Positions 11,997 through 23,511 of a stretch of DNA of 64,000 nt are shown in pieces. The translations under genes and the position numbers were made by a program. Source of the DNA: an uncultured Nitrososphaeraceae archaeon (GTDB taxonomy: Archaea; Thermoproteota; Nitrososphaeria; Nitrososphaerales; Nitrososphaeraceae). The first letter of the stretch is position 1; every line of letters starts with the position of its first letter. Under the pieces are notes generated by a model. That model saw only the letters and a list, made by a program, of their open reading frames with translations. It did no database searches and was not told the origin of the DNA. The DNA lies in assembly GCA_963728595.1 (NCBI GenBank), contig CAVSLF010000001.1, forward strand, positions 1 to 64,000. Direction: 5' to 3'.

Positions 11997-13055
11997 TTGT
12001 CAAGATCTTATATTAACAAATTTATGTTCAGGTTCAATATTATCCCGAGTTTTCTGCTTATTGGAACAGCACTTTTACTTGTTGGAATTAGTTTCTTGCA
12101 ACTCCAACCTATAATAGCACAAGTGCAACCGTCAGAAGCTAATCTAACATCTGTTGATAAACAAAGTCTACTGGAAGGAATTTCTTTTCAGATTGATAAT
12201 GTGACTTTTTCACATCATATGGCAACTGTAAACGGCATTCAGATACATTATGTAATGGGGGGCAAAGGAGATCCTATTGTATTGTTGCATGGATATCCAC
12301 AATCATGGTATGAATGGAGACATGTTATGCCAGCTTTGGCCAAAAACTACACTGTTATTGCACCTGATCTCCGGGGATTTGGCGATTCCTCAAAACCAAT
12401 GACTGGTTATGATGGTAAGACAATTGCAGAGGATATTTATCAATTGATGACTCAGTTAGGTTTTAATAAAATTTTCCTAGCAGCACACGATGTTGGATCT
12501 CAGCCAGCGTTTTCATATACTGTGGAGCATCCAGATAACGTAACCAAATTGGTGATCATGGATTTCCCATACCCCGGCTTTCTACCTCCAGCATTTGGTC
12601 AGAACGGGCCTTGGTGGTTTTCTTTTTATCAAACACCTGATATACCAGAAACTCTCATACAAGGCCACGAACGAGAATATATTTCAAAGTTTATGAGAGG
12701 GTTAGCTTATAATCCGGCTGCAATTACGGACCAAGATGTTGATGTCTGGGTAAGTCACCTTGTATCTCCCGGTGGATTGCGTGGATCAATTGAACATTTT
12801 CGAGCTTTTCCAGCTGATGCAGAGCAAAACAAAGAAACGGCCAAGGCTAAGATAACAACACCCGTATTAGCATTGGGCGGCGATATTTATCCCGCTTTAG
12901 GCGGCGATTATCCGGGTAACTTTGCATATAGCTCACTACAATCATTAGCCACAAATGTAACTGGTATTACAGTTCCACTTTCAGGACATTGGATACCAGA
13001 AGAGCAGCCACAATTTGTAATAGATCAGTTATTCAAATTCTTCGGACAATACTGA
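11997..13055 (+). CDS. secreted alpha/beta hydrolase (epoxide hydrolase-like)
   Basis: HGYP oxyanion motif, AHDVG nucleophile elbow, GHWIPEE. Confidence 0.9.
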   Translation: MSRSYINKFMFRFNIIPSFLLIGTALLLVGISFLQLQPIIAQVQPSEANLTSVDKQSLLEGISFQIDNVTFSHHMATVNGIQIHYVMGGKGDPIVLLHGYPQSWYEWRHVMPALAKNYTVIAPDLRGFGDSSKPMTGYDGKTIAEDIYQLMTQLGFNKIFLAAHDVGSQPAFSYTVEHPDNVTKLVIMDFPYPGFLPPAFGQNGPWWFSFYQTPDIPETLIQGHEREYISKFMRGLAYNPAAITDQDVDVWVSHLVSPGGLRGSIEHFRAFPADAEQNKETAKAKITTPVLALGGDIYPALGGDYPGNFAYSSLQSLATNVTGITVPLSGHWIPEEQPQFVIDQLFKFFGQY

Positions 13056-13092
13056 CAGGTCAGCTCTAAATAATTCCAAAAGAATATTCTGA

Positions 13093-13278
13093 ATGTGACT
13101 CACAATTTTAGTAACGGGAAGCACCGGAAATATTGGCACTGAAATAATAAGGCAACTTTCGAACTCCAATTCTGATATAATCATTAAGGCTACAGTTCAC
13201 TCAGAAGGTAACAGAGTTAAAAATGATAATGATTTGGGGTCAGTGCAACTAGTCAAGTTAGACTTCAGTACAACGTAG
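13093..13278 (+). pseudogene. N-terminal fragment of NmrA/SDR-like NAD(P)-binding protein
   Basis: TILVTGSTGNIGTEIIRQLS Rossmann motif, truncated after ~55 codons. Confidence 0.65.
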
Positions 13279-13279
13279 A

Positions 13280-13797
13280 CTCCAATCTTACACTTACTAT
13301 CATTTATACATTAATTTTTAGCCTGATTAGGATTGCTGGAGCAATCTTCTTTGGAATTGGATTTTGGTCTATGGCAGGAAAGATTCAACAAAAATCTTTG
13401 AAGAGTTTTTTAAATATATCTGCATATGGTCTGATATTAATCTTTGTTATCAATCAAGAGATAGTTTTGCTTAATACTTTGTTTCCACCCTTGGGGCTTA
13501 TGACTGCCTGTTTTGTTGGTCTTTCTTCTTTCCTTTTATTAGTGGGGACTTACTCTGCAGCAGTTTCCGTGTTCAACGACGTAAGAATTCGGAAGGCTAT
13601 TCGTAATTCAATAGAAAAAGAATCAGAATTGATTGGAGACATAGGAGATGCAGAATTAGATATGGAATTGAGAGCTAAAGCGTTCTCTATGATGGACAAG
13701 TCTACCGAAGACTTCAAGAAGACACTCAGGTAGAATCTTCCCTTACAGACGAGGATATTAAAGATTATACTACTAAGGTGATACGAGAAGTAATTCG
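13280..13797 (+). pseudogene. C-terminal fragment of membrane protein
   Basis: FPPLGLMTACFVGLSSFLLLVG...IGDAE; abuts the NmrA fragment and has no own start. Confidence 0.55.
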
Positions 13798-13838
13798 TAG
13801 AAAAGTGTTCAAATAAATGGTGGGAATTTAAACGGTCT

Positions 13839-13925
13839 ATGCAGATTAAGTGCTCAGACTGTAATTGCAATCTGCAAGAATGTGGAGAATGCTCGTTACC
13901 ACACGCAGAATGCTCGGGGCTTTGA
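13839..13925 (+). CDS. 28-aa Cys-rich microprotein
   Basis: Hand translation MQIKCSDCNCNLQECGECSLPHAECSGL* (6 Cys). Confidence 0.4.
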   Translation: MQIKCSDCNCNLQECGECSLPHAECSGL

Positions 13926-14142
13926 TTCTTAAAGTATCGTGCTCTTTTTTCTGAAAAATTTGGAGTCTCTCTTAATACACATGTCTTCACATTCTGCTTG
14001 ATGAAATACTTATTCTTCACTCCATTACCGAATATGTCGGAGATATACCGAGGTACTCCTGTAACAAAAGAAATTCATGGTATGTTGGATTTTTTAGAAT
14101 TTTCTTTTCTTTGCTGTAGTAATTTTGTTTGATTCATATTCA

Positions 14143-14158
14143 ATAGGTGTATATGCAC
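14143..14158. promoter_or_regulatory. palindromic operator candidate GTGTATATGCAC
   Basis: ataggtgtatatgcac is identical at 17172-17187; lies upstream of MarR; related site at 14219-14230. Confidence 0.55.
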
Positions 14159-14240
14159 ATATTGAATTTATGAACATTATATGGGAAGATATCAGGGTAA
14201 ACCTTTTATTAGTAATGCGTGTATATCAACATAATCAGAA

Positions 14241-14713
14241 ATGAAGGAACGCAATACTAATGCAATACTGGAACAAGGAATGTCTGGAGGATCATGTACA
14301 TGTGGTGAATTGAGGAAGGCAGCTAGAGCAATAACACTACTTTATGACACTGCATTCAAGTCAAGTGGACTGCTGTCCACGCAACTTTTTGTATAGATTT
14401 CATCTGTAACAATGACTCAATAAGGATTTCAGATCTTGCTAAGAAACTAGGTCTAGATAGAACGACTCTAACCCGAAATCTATCTATTTTGGAGAGACAG
14501 GGTTTTATCAAAATCTCATCCGGAAAAGACCACCGAACGAAAATTGTGACAGCTACTCAAAAAGGACGTAGCGCTGTAGCCAAAGCTCTTCCTCTCTGGA
14601 ATGAAGTTCAAGACAAAGTAAAACAACAAATGGGTGAAAACTCATGGCGTGAATTAATGCAAAATTTGGGTCATTTTGTAACAGTAGCTGATCAATTAAT
14701 TGACCAAAACTAA
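14241..14713 (+). pseudogene. MarR-family transcriptional regulator, disrupted near 14390-14420
   Basis: CTCGELRKAARAITLLYD...STQ then DLAKKLGLDRTTLTRNLSILERQGFI...RTKIV. Confidence 0.8.
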
Positions 14714-14748
14714 GAAAAATGTTTAACCTAATAATAACTCCTAGTTTG

Positions 14749-14892
14749 CGACAGTACATCCGCGACTCCGACCGGATAGCCGAAATGACGGCAACCGCGC
14801 AGGAGCTTTACGACAAGATACTGGATCTGTATCCAATTCGGGTCAATCCGGGGTGGGCACTCTGGAGTTCGGCGCGCTCAGCCAAACAGTAA
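14749..14892 (+). pseudogene. C-terminal fragment of MBL-fold metallo-hydrolase
   Basis: RQYIRDSDRIAEMTATAQELYDKILDLYPIRVNPGWALWSSARSAK*; GC-rich patch. Confidence 0.55.
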
Positions 14893-15158
14893 ATTAGCGA
14901 TTACTATGTATGAACTTCAATCTAAGTGGTCTATGGACATTTTATTACTTTATACAATGTCGCTCGATGGGCAAGAGCAAAAGAATCAAAAGCCTCGTCT
15001 TTAATATCTGGAAGAGTTTCTCGTACAAAGTCTCGACAGACTTGAAGCACTCTTTACAATAGAAAAATTTTGGATCTTATTCTACTTGAGGAAATTCTGA
15101 GATGCTAGTCCTAAAAAAGACCTCTTGACTGGGTTGGAGAAATCGCTAATTCGTCATT

Positions 15159-15383
15159 TCACTGATTGCAAATCTGTAGCATCCTCAACCCCTTTTCTGT
15201 TGTTCTATAGCTTGCTCTGCCTTCTTCATATTCTATTAATCCTTTTTCGACAAGCATGGACAAGTATTCTCTCAATTGAGCAAACGAAAGATATGCCTTG
15301 TACATGATCTTAGTTTTTGTTGTTCCCCCATTTGCGGCTTCGAGAATCAATCCGGTTATATCAGTTCTACTACGATATTTCAT
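15159..15383 (-). CDS. winged helix-turn-helix protein (archaeal HTH_45-like)
   Basis: MKYRSRTDI...TKTKIMYKAYLSFAQLREYL...YRTTEKG. Confidence 0.85.
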   Translation of the reverse strand: MKYRSRTDITGLILEAANGGTTKTKIMYKAYLSFAQLREYLSMLVEKGLIEYEEGRASYRTTEKGLRMLQICNQ

Positions 15384-15631
15384 TCGATAGTTAGTAAGTA
15401 AAATAGTATTTATTAATGACCATCATATCTTCTTAAGTCTTATTATCCAATAAAGTTATAGTACATCCTTAGTTTGAGGTCCTTACTCAGCTCATGGGAC
15501 AATACAAGAGCTGACTAAACTTAACGTATTTCTGGCCAAGTATTGCTAGTCATTGGTAATCCAATTTGTCATCGTATGTATACTAAATAGAAATTATTAT
15601 TGTGCCTGTCCTACTGTTGAACTTGTTTTTA

Positions 15632-16165
15632 TTATTTTTCATCTCGAGGAAGATATCCCAGAAAATAGAACGCAGGATGACCTGATAGGCCCATCACCTT
15701 ATCGGGTTTAACTTTTATAATTACCCTCTTGTCCTTTGGTTTCCTGTAATAATATTTTCCTATACCAAGAAATCTCTTAGCAAGTTTATGGAGGTGCTCG
15801 TCAGCTCCTTCGCTTGTCATTTCAACGACCCTTCCTTTGATTGTTACCATATTATATGGATTAAACTGATCAACTAAAGAGATTCCAACACGAGGGTCTT
15901 TTGATACGTGTCTAGTTTTTGCCGAAGATTCAGAGGTGTTTATTAAAATTAAATCACCTTCCATATCCGCCCAGACTGGAGTCACATGGGGAGAACCGTC
16001 TTCTGATAATGTAGCTACAAAGGCAAGATTCCTGCGACCGAAAAGTTCAGATATGTTTTCTGTTGTAATTGTAGTGATACCTGCCGATAATTCTGGTGAC
16101 TGAACGTTTATACTATCGGAAGGGAGGTCATCAAGAATGTCTACGGCGGGTTTATTCCTTTGCAT
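15632..16165 (-). CDS. PPOX-class F420-dependent oxidoreductase
   Basis: ATLSEDGSPHVTPVW...KTRHVSKDPRV...HKLAKRFLG. Confidence 0.85.
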   Translation of the reverse strand: MQRNKPAVDILDDLPSDSINVQSPELSAGITTITTENISELFGRRNLAFVATLSEDGSPHVTPVWADMEGDLILINTSESSAKTRHVSKDPRVGISLVDQFNPYNMVTIKGRVVEMTSEGADEHLHKLAKRFLGIGKYYYRKPKDKRVIIKVKPDKVMGLSGHPAFYFLGYLPRDEK

Positions 16166-16436
16166 GATATATAGTCCATCTGTTAGAATATAAGTTGTTC
16201 TCGAGGTCTTTCGACAAAAGTACTAAAGGAAGGGTGACAATCTGTGACATTCATCAATGTCAATTTCTGGCATGTGTATATACCTTGGTGTCATAATTGT
16301 AACTATGAATCTAACGGCTTAAGTTGTCGGGATTGGCTTACTTTGAGTAACAAAAAAGAAGTGCTACAAATAGAAGATTTAATTCGAAAATTTCAAGAAT
16401 TCCAAAGGGCTTGCAAGGCTACCCTTCAAGGAGTCA

Positions 16437-17019
16437 TTGAAACACAATTCGAATTTTATTGTGAATTCCAATCATTTATTGATAATACTTATTATTGTTG
16501 CATCAATACCAATAGCGGCAGAAAATCACTTTGCATTAAGTAAAGGCAATACTAATGACTGCGTTTCACCAAGTGGTGATAAAATAACGGTAGATTTTGA
16601 TGGAAATTGTGACACACTACGTGATGACGATCCTATTACTGTAGTTGCTTCGTTTGGACCAGTCTTCAAATTTGATTCGCATGGTAGAGATATACAATGT
16701 CAGGATGGTTCGATCTCAAGTGAACCCCCTAACGGTGCATGTACCATCGGGTACAGACAAGAATGATAATCTAATCGGTTCATCTGGCAATAATTGTATT
16801 GATGGTAAAGGCGGAAACGATCGGATAACCGGTTTAGCAGGTAACGATAAACTAACTGGCGGAGATGGAAAAGATTTGCTAAGCGGCGGAAATGGTGATG
16901 ATGAGCTAACTGGTGGCAATGGTGCAGATAAATTCCAATGTGGTGCAGGTAATGATAGGATAACTGACTTTAGTGCATCACAAGGCGATAAGAAGACTAA
17001 CGATTGCGAGCAGTTCTAG
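16437..17019 (+). CDS. secreted RTX/hemolysin-type Ca-binding repeat protein; frameshift near 16750
   Basis: GGNDRITGLAGNDKLTGGDGKDLLSGGNGDD nonapeptide repeats; signal peptide in 16437-16766. Confidence 0.8.
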
Positions 17020-17171
17020 TGATGACCGATATGGCTACTATGCGGTAAACCAATAAACACAGTGCAATCCTTTGAAATCTAGAGTTACTCCAGTTTGGTA
17101 AAGCTTGATAGTTACTAATGTGCATGCCATCTTTTTCTTAGTCATTTCTATTTTTCTCGGTCATATCATAG

Positions 17172-17208
17172 ATAGGTGTATATGCACGCCTATAAGTGTA
17201 TCTACACT
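17172..17208. promoter_or_regulatory. tandem palindromic operator candidates
   Basis: GTGTATATGCAC (17176-17187) and AGTGTA-tc-TACACT (17195-17208). Confidence 0.5.
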
Positions 17209-17679
17209 CATTAAATTCCGAGCTTATTTTACATTGAACAATAGCACAACAATAGCATAAACATTTTTATTTGTAATACGTGTTCTGTTCCCCATAATGG
17301 TAAACTGATAGTCAAATTCAGACAAGGCTCTTCGTTAGGTAAGCTATGAAATTTGCAATCAATCATAATATTCTTGATACTTTTTTGCAATTAAATAAAC
17401 AAGAATTACATGTACTCGTATCTAGACCCCATCAACTTAAATAATTGGGGATTCTTTGATAGCTAAGTTGAACGCAAAGATGCTGTCAATGAAAAACGTG
17501 TACAAAATATGTTCCTCAAATGGGAAAGTAAACTTGGGAGAGCAGCGGAATTCATGTCGACCCATTGCTTTAGCATGGCCGAGGCTGGACGGGTTGATCC
17601 AACTGTTCAAGCATTACTTCAAAATAGTTCCTTTGTCTACAAATAAGTTAAGCAGTCTTAACTGTAAGGAACGGTATTC

Positions 17680-19355
17680 ATGAGTGAAGCACGCAGAGGA
17701 CTCCCTCTAACTAATTCTCGAATTGAGAAGATATTTCCGAAATTAACACCAGCTCAGATCGGTCGTATTGCGGCGCATGGACGTACTCGTTCAGTACAGC
17801 TCGGTGATGTGCTAATTCAGCAAGGAGATACTTCAGTGCCGTTCTTTGTTGTAATAACAGGCGAAGTTGAGATTGTGGGTCGTTATGGGGCCTCTGAGAC
17901 AATTATCACGGTCCATGGTCCTGGTGAGTTCACAGGAGACGTCAACATGCTCTCCGGCCGCCGGATGGTAGTCCAGGCGCGTGTCGCTAAGGCGGGTAAG
18001 TTAATCGAACTGAATCATGAGCAGATGCTTAATCTAATACAGACTGATACTGAACTAAGCGATATACTGATGCGGGCTTTCATTCTCCGCAGGGTGGAGT
18101 TAATCGCAGCAGGTGTCGGTGATATTATTCTTATCGGGTCAATACATTCTGGAGGTACGCTTCGGATCAAAGAGTTTCTAATGCGCAATGGGCACCCCTA
18201 TACCTCCATAGATTTAGAACGCGACTCTGATGTACAGAATTTGTTAGATAATTTCCAAATTTCTGCTAGTGAAATACCTGTGCTAATCTGTAGAGGTCAA
18301 TTTGTGCTTAGAAATCCTAGTAATCAACAAATCGCAGACTGTCTTGGTTTTAATGAGTCTATTGATCAAACCAAGGTGCGCGATCTTGTTGTCATTGGTG
18401 CAGGCCCCTCAGGACTAGCTGCCGCAGTGTATGGTGCTTCGGAAGGACTTGATGTTCTGGTGCTGGAAGCAAGTTCGCCTGGTGGCCAGGCTGGTTCAAG
18501 CTCAAGAATAGAAAATTACTTGGGATTTCCAACAGGTATCTCTGGCCAGGATCTGGCAGGTAGGGCTTACATCCAGGCTCAGAAGTTCGGCGCTGAAGTG
18601 CTGATCGCCGACGCCAATCGACTTGTCTGTGAACGCAAACCATATATTATTGAAGTTGGAGGTGGAGTCGAATCTCTACTCGCACTGTAGTAATAGCGAC
18701 CGGCGTGCAATATCGAAAGCTACCAATAGAAAATCTATCACGCTTTGAGGGTGCAGGCATCTACTATTCTGCAACTTTTGTGGAAGCGCAGTTATGTGGG
18801 GAAGAAGAGGAGGTGATTGTGGTCGGTGGAGGAAACTCGGCTGGCCAGGCTGCCGTGTTTCTGGCACAGACAACAAAAAGTGTGTACATGCTTGTCAGGT
18901 CTAGTAGTTTGGCTGCTAGTATGTCGCGCTATTTGATTCGCAGGATCGAAGAAAGTCCTAAGATCGTAGTCAGACCTCACGCAGAGATTGTGGCTTTAGA
19001 AGGAGGCGATCACCTTGAATCAGTTCGCTGGCAAAACAATCAAACTGGGCAAATTGATGAGCACAAGATCAGACACATATTCATTATGACTGGTGCCGAT
19101 CCAAACACCAGCTGGCTCGAAGGATGCGTTATCCTGGATAGTAAAGGCTTCATAAAGACCGGCCCTGATCTGTCACAAGAAAATCTGAGTACCGCAGGCT
19201 GGCATCTTTCCCGCCAGCCATATTTACTCGAAACCAGTTTACCGGGAGTTTTCGCGGTGGGTGATGTACGTGGAGGCAGCATCAAACGTGTCGCATCCGC
19301 TGTAGGCGAAGGGTCAGTTGCGGTCTCACTTATTCATAAAGTCCTTCAGGAATAG
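17680..19355 (+). CDS. cyclic-nucleotide-binding domain/thioredoxin reductase-like FAD oxidoreductase; frameshift near 18670
   Basis: N-terminal cNMP domain (GPGEFTGD), GAGPSG, IENYLGFPTG, GGGNSAGQ, GVFAVGDVRGGS. Confidence 0.9.
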
Positions 19356-19958
19356 GAATAAACAATTGGACATTGAGGACGAAAAAGTTAGCAACCTCCA
19401 ACAGTTTCTTATTATATATTTTGAATATCGTCTCCAAGATCAATAAAATATTATTGCTATAGTATACTTGACCTTCTTTCTCAAGGCTGATGTAGGGAGG
19501 AAAGCCAGATACCATTTCAACTTCCTTGCATCAGTCTTTGATTCTCATTCATGAAAAATCTCTGTAAGTATAAATTAAATTCATGATTTGGAAAATTGAC
19601 GTTCCACTACGTCAAAGAGGGACGTACTTTCTCCACCGGAATTTGCCTGACCTCTTTATCAGTATTTATTTTCAAATTAAATCCTTATTAGGGACTTGTT
19701 CGTATAAATTGGTCCGTATCCCGTCATGCAACTGGTGAGCCAAATCCTTCCGGTCTTCCCACACATGACTCACCAGTTTTCTCATTCTGAATTGCCTAAC
19801 ATTCATGGAGTGAATTTCCAATAAATGATAAATGGTAACACACAACCCTCAATTCAATGTAAAATAGTAGTCTTTTACAACCTAAATAGTTTGAATGATA
19901 TTGTAAGGGATAGTGAATCAGGTTATGTTAAAATAGGCGGTGAATATAGGGATAGCGT

Positions 19959-20573
19959 ATGAAAATTACGATAGTGATCCTATTCCTAACTGTAGCTATT
20001 CTTTTTGGACTTAATTACTCTTTGAATAATGTGGTTGCATCTAATCAGACGGTCAATGCAGGAGGTAATGGAACTTTATGGGATTCGTTTACACCTGAAA
20101 ATGTAGAAGTCAAAGTAGGAGAGAGTGTAACATGGCGTAATCCCATGATGGTCTCTGAACCACACACTGTTACCTTCCTTAAAGATCCGAGCTTTTTTGC
20201 ACCACCAGCAACAGCGTTCAGTATATCTAATATGACTGAGTTAAAGTCATTATCACCACCGAATCAAAACATAGATCCTCTTACGGTTGATCAAAATGGT
20301 TCAAAAGCGGTAATAGTAGATAATGCAAGAACCTATAACCCAGTGGCAATAGATTCAACTGGAAATAATGTAACTTACTTACCAGTAAATGCTAATTATA
20401 GTATGACTGGCACTGAGAAATTTGTAAATTCTGGCTGGATTTGGCCTGAAGGAATAGCACCGCCCGGCACGCCACCAATAAGTAATTTTACCATAACCTT
20501 TGAAAAATCAGGAACATATGATTACATTTGTGCTGTACATCCGTGGATGAGTGGCTCAGTAAAAGTTAGTTAA
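19959..20573 (+). CDS. secreted blue-copper (cupredoxin/plastocyanin-like) protein
   Basis: EPHTVT and YDYICAVHPWMSG type-1 Cu ligands. Confidence 0.9.
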   Translation: MKITIVILFLTVAILFGLNYSLNNVVASNQTVNAGGNGTLWDSFTPENVEVKVGESVTWRNPMMVSEPHTVTFLKDPSFFAPPATAFSISNMTELKSLSPPNQNIDPLTVDQNGSKAVIVDNARTYNPVAIDSTGNNVTYLPVNANYSMTGTEKFVNSGWIWPEGIAPPGTPPISNFTITFEKSGTYDYICAVHPWMSGSVKVS

Positions 20574-20716
20574 AGACAGACAATAATAGAAATACTCACG
20601 TTTAGTACGAACGTTTGTTTGGGCTGTAAAGTGCAGATGGTATTCTTTGCCTTTGTTCCGATTCGAATGGCAATCTATATACATTGACCACCATAATATG
20701 CAATTTGATTGCATAG

Positions 20717-21919
20717 TTGAGTTTAGAGGAAGATGCCGTAAACCTTCATCGAATGCTAAAAGGAAAGATCGAAATTCACAATAGAGTGTCCATAGACAGC
20801 TCACATAAAGAAGGCAAGTATGACACACTAGACCTAATCTATACTCCGGGTGTTGCATATGTCGCCAAAAAAATAAGTACTGATAAAGAATTGGCATATG
20901 ACTATACATCAAAATGGAATAACGTCGCCATTGTATGTGACGGAACGCGAGTACTTGGATTGGGCGACATAGGTCCAGAAGGTGCACTACCTGTTATGGA
21001 AGGAAAATCTGTATTATTCAAAATTTTAGGAGGTATCAATGCCTTTCCATTATGTATAGATACTAAAGACAAAGAGGAGATAATTAGATTTGTAAAAGCG
21101 ATACATCCAGTATTTGGTGCTGTGAATATAGAAGATATAGAATCACCAAAAGTACTAGAGATAGTAGAAAGGCTTCAAAAAGATCTCTCTATCCCCGTTT
21201 TCCACGACGACCAGCACGGCACTGCTCTAATCACCCTTGCAGGATTATTAAATGCCCTCAAGTTACTGCAAAAGAGAATAGATAGTATAAGAGTAGTCAT
21301 AGCAGGAGCAGGTTCTGCGGGGTATGGTATATTCAGGATATTGAAAGAAGCAGGTTGTAGGAGTATCGTTGTAACGGATAGTCAGGGAGCAATATATCAA
21401 AACAGACCTACAGGTATAGACAACCCGTACAAGAAAGAGATAGCTGATGAAACTAATCCTATGAAATTGAAAGGCAGTCTTGCCGATGTCCTCAAAGGGG
21501 CTGACGTGTTTATTGGGGTATCAGGGAAGGCCCGACTAATAGGCAAAGAGGCGGTTCAATCCATGAACAATAACCCAATTGTATTCGCTCTAAGTAACCC
21601 CGACCCAGAAATACTTCCATCAGATGCGTTGGAAGCAGGGGCAAGCATTGTTGCTACAGGTCGATCAGACTTTGCAAACCAGATTAATAACGCAGTGGTA
21701 TTTCCAGCCATATTGCGATCATTATTAGATCTTAGAGTCAAAACTCTGAGTGAAGAGATGCTTGTATCTGTTGCAACTGCAATTGCTGACATAATAGATA
21801 ATAATCATTTGAAAAATGATTATATCATACCTAAAGTTGATGATCCTCGTATTGTTCAGATAGTTACTGATACATTGACCAATGCAATTCAAAGGCATCT
21901 GGATAAGAAAATACAATAA
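20717..21919 (+). CDS. mae: NAD(P)-dependent malic enzyme
   Basis: YTPGVA, DGTRVLGLGDIG, MEGK, FHDDQHGT, GAGSAG, ALSNPDPEI, TGRSD. Confidence 0.95.
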   Translation: MSLEEDAVNLHRMLKGKIEIHNRVSIDSSHKEGKYDTLDLIYTPGVAYVAKKISTDKELAYDYTSKWNNVAIVCDGTRVLGLGDIGPEGALPVMEGKSVLFKILGGINAFPLCIDTKDKEEIIRFVKAIHPVFGAVNIEDIESPKVLEIVERLQKDLSIPVFHDDQHGTALITLAGLLNALKLLQKRIDSIRVVIAGAGSAGYGIFRILKEAGCRSIVVTDSQGAIYQNRPTGIDNPYKKEIADETNPMKLKGSLADVLKGADVFIGVSGKARLIGKEAVQSMNNNPIVFALSNPDPEILPSDALEAGASIVATGRSDFANQINNAVVFPAILRSLLDLRVKTLSEEMLVSVATAIADIIDNNHLKNDYIIPKVDDPRIVQIVTDTLTNAIQRHLDKKIQ

Positions 21920-22163
21920 CAATAAGAATAATGATTTGAAAAGGTTCAATTATGCTGCTAATGGTTTAAACTTCTGAAGCAGATCAGGTAATCAGCATAG
22001 TTATTATCTGCTATTACAAGTTCATGACAAACTGGGTTCTTATCTGCTTGGTCCCAACTGGTTAATGGTTTCACTGTCACTTCAAGAATTACTCTTCCTC
22101 CGTGACAAAAAATGCACTATAAAATTGAGTTCAAATACTAAGTTCTGTATTGTTATAACCTCA

Positions 22164-22487
22164 AAACTAACACGTCACAAAACTGCAGATAAATCACCCA
22201 TGATATTAGCACAAAAAACAGTGAACCTTAAAATAGTAAATGTCCGATTATGTGATATTCATCTCTGATGTGATTGATAGCAAATTGGATCTTCGTAGTT
22301 CGATATCAGAATTGGAATCTCTTGGTTTAGAAACTCCGAATTTAAACGAATTAAATGATTCTTACGAGGTCGAAAATCTAGTGGAAAATCTCAAGCAGAT
22401 GCTTTTCTAGGACTACAAATCCATGCCTGTATTCACAGACTGACAGTATCAAACTAACACGTCACAAAACTGCAGATAAATCACCCA
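22164..22487 (+). repeat. 37-bp direct repeat (22164-22200 and 22451-22487) with degenerate extension
   Basis: aaactaacacgtcacaaaactgcagataaatcaccca occurs twice. Confidence 0.9.
22267..22443 (+). pseudogene. paralog of small protein 34421-34624 with internal TAG
   Basis: SISELESLGLETPNLNELNDSYEVENLVENLKQMLF*DYKSMPVFTD*. Confidence 0.75.
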
Positions 22488-22569
22488 CAATTATGATATT
22501 AGTACATAAGACATTAAAAACAGTAATCCTGAAATACGAAATAGCCGAATACAAAATCCTCTTGATTAA

Positions 22570-22918
22570 ATGAGGATGAAAAGGACACAACAAAAAAACT
22601 TAACAACACAAAATATTATAGACGCCATCAGATGGGGAAGCGATTTATTTGATTCTATAGCGGCAAATACATATCAGTATACCTCCATCAATAATGTCAA
22701 CTCACGTTATTGTGTCAACTTAAGCCGTAAGCAGGTACTATGCCAGACTCTCTAAATTGATTAAAGCAGGTCTGGTTAAACGGGTAAATGGAAGGTACTC
22801 ACTGACATTTTTTGGTATTCTGATTTATGATGTACAACTAGAATTTCGTAGAGCAGTCGATTCTCATTTGAAAACTAACGAACCTAAATCAAGTAATGTT
22901 ATAGCCTTTCAAACTTAA
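22570..22918 (+). pseudogene. winged-HTH-like protein, frameshift near 22735; paralog of 33031-33381
   Basis: NLSRKQ joins YYARLSKLIKAGLVKRVNGRYSLTFFGILIY in the next frame. Confidence 0.65.
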
Positions 22919-23511
22919 CCTCAGAGCGAGAAATAGTCCTCTCTACATGTGTGCTATGGGTCGAAGTGAATAATACTCCATTCCTAACTATAAGCGGTCA
23001 TTAACTTTACTATCATAATCAAGATTCCGGCCAGATGTAGTTAATACCAACTAATAGGAACCGAATGTATCCACAGAATGAAAACAGGTTTTTCCCATTG
23101 TGCCGACTGATAGCGTAATTGAGATTCCTATTACTAGAAATGCTATGCATTTGGCAATGTTACAATGTTGATCATTACTAATTAATCAAGAGTTTTAATT
23201 CAAACTTGGCAACTAATATGATCTTTATCTTTTTTGTGTGATTTTAATAGGAATTATCTCTAATTGAATATTTATTGCAAGATTCCGATTAATAGAACTA
23301 ATTATTATATTATATTGAGCATAGTTATATAATCCTATGCGTATTATCTTTCGTGTGGGGTACTTAGTCTGCAAGCTGTAATCAGAGGAATATATGGATC
23401 GCTTGCTTTGATTGGATCAGGAAACGAAAAGTATTATTCAAATCTGGCTAGTCCAATACTGAATATTGGTTCCAATTTTAACGCCAACAAGATTATGAGG
23501 CGTTTATTTTC

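Noticed and set aside
13550..14020. 156-aa minus-strand ORF
   Set aside because: Overlaps a recognisable plus-strand fragment and the microprotein; no motifs
22164..22487. Possible CRISPR repeat pair (37 bp)
   Set aside because: Only two copies, 250 bp apart with a gene between them; no cas genes in the window
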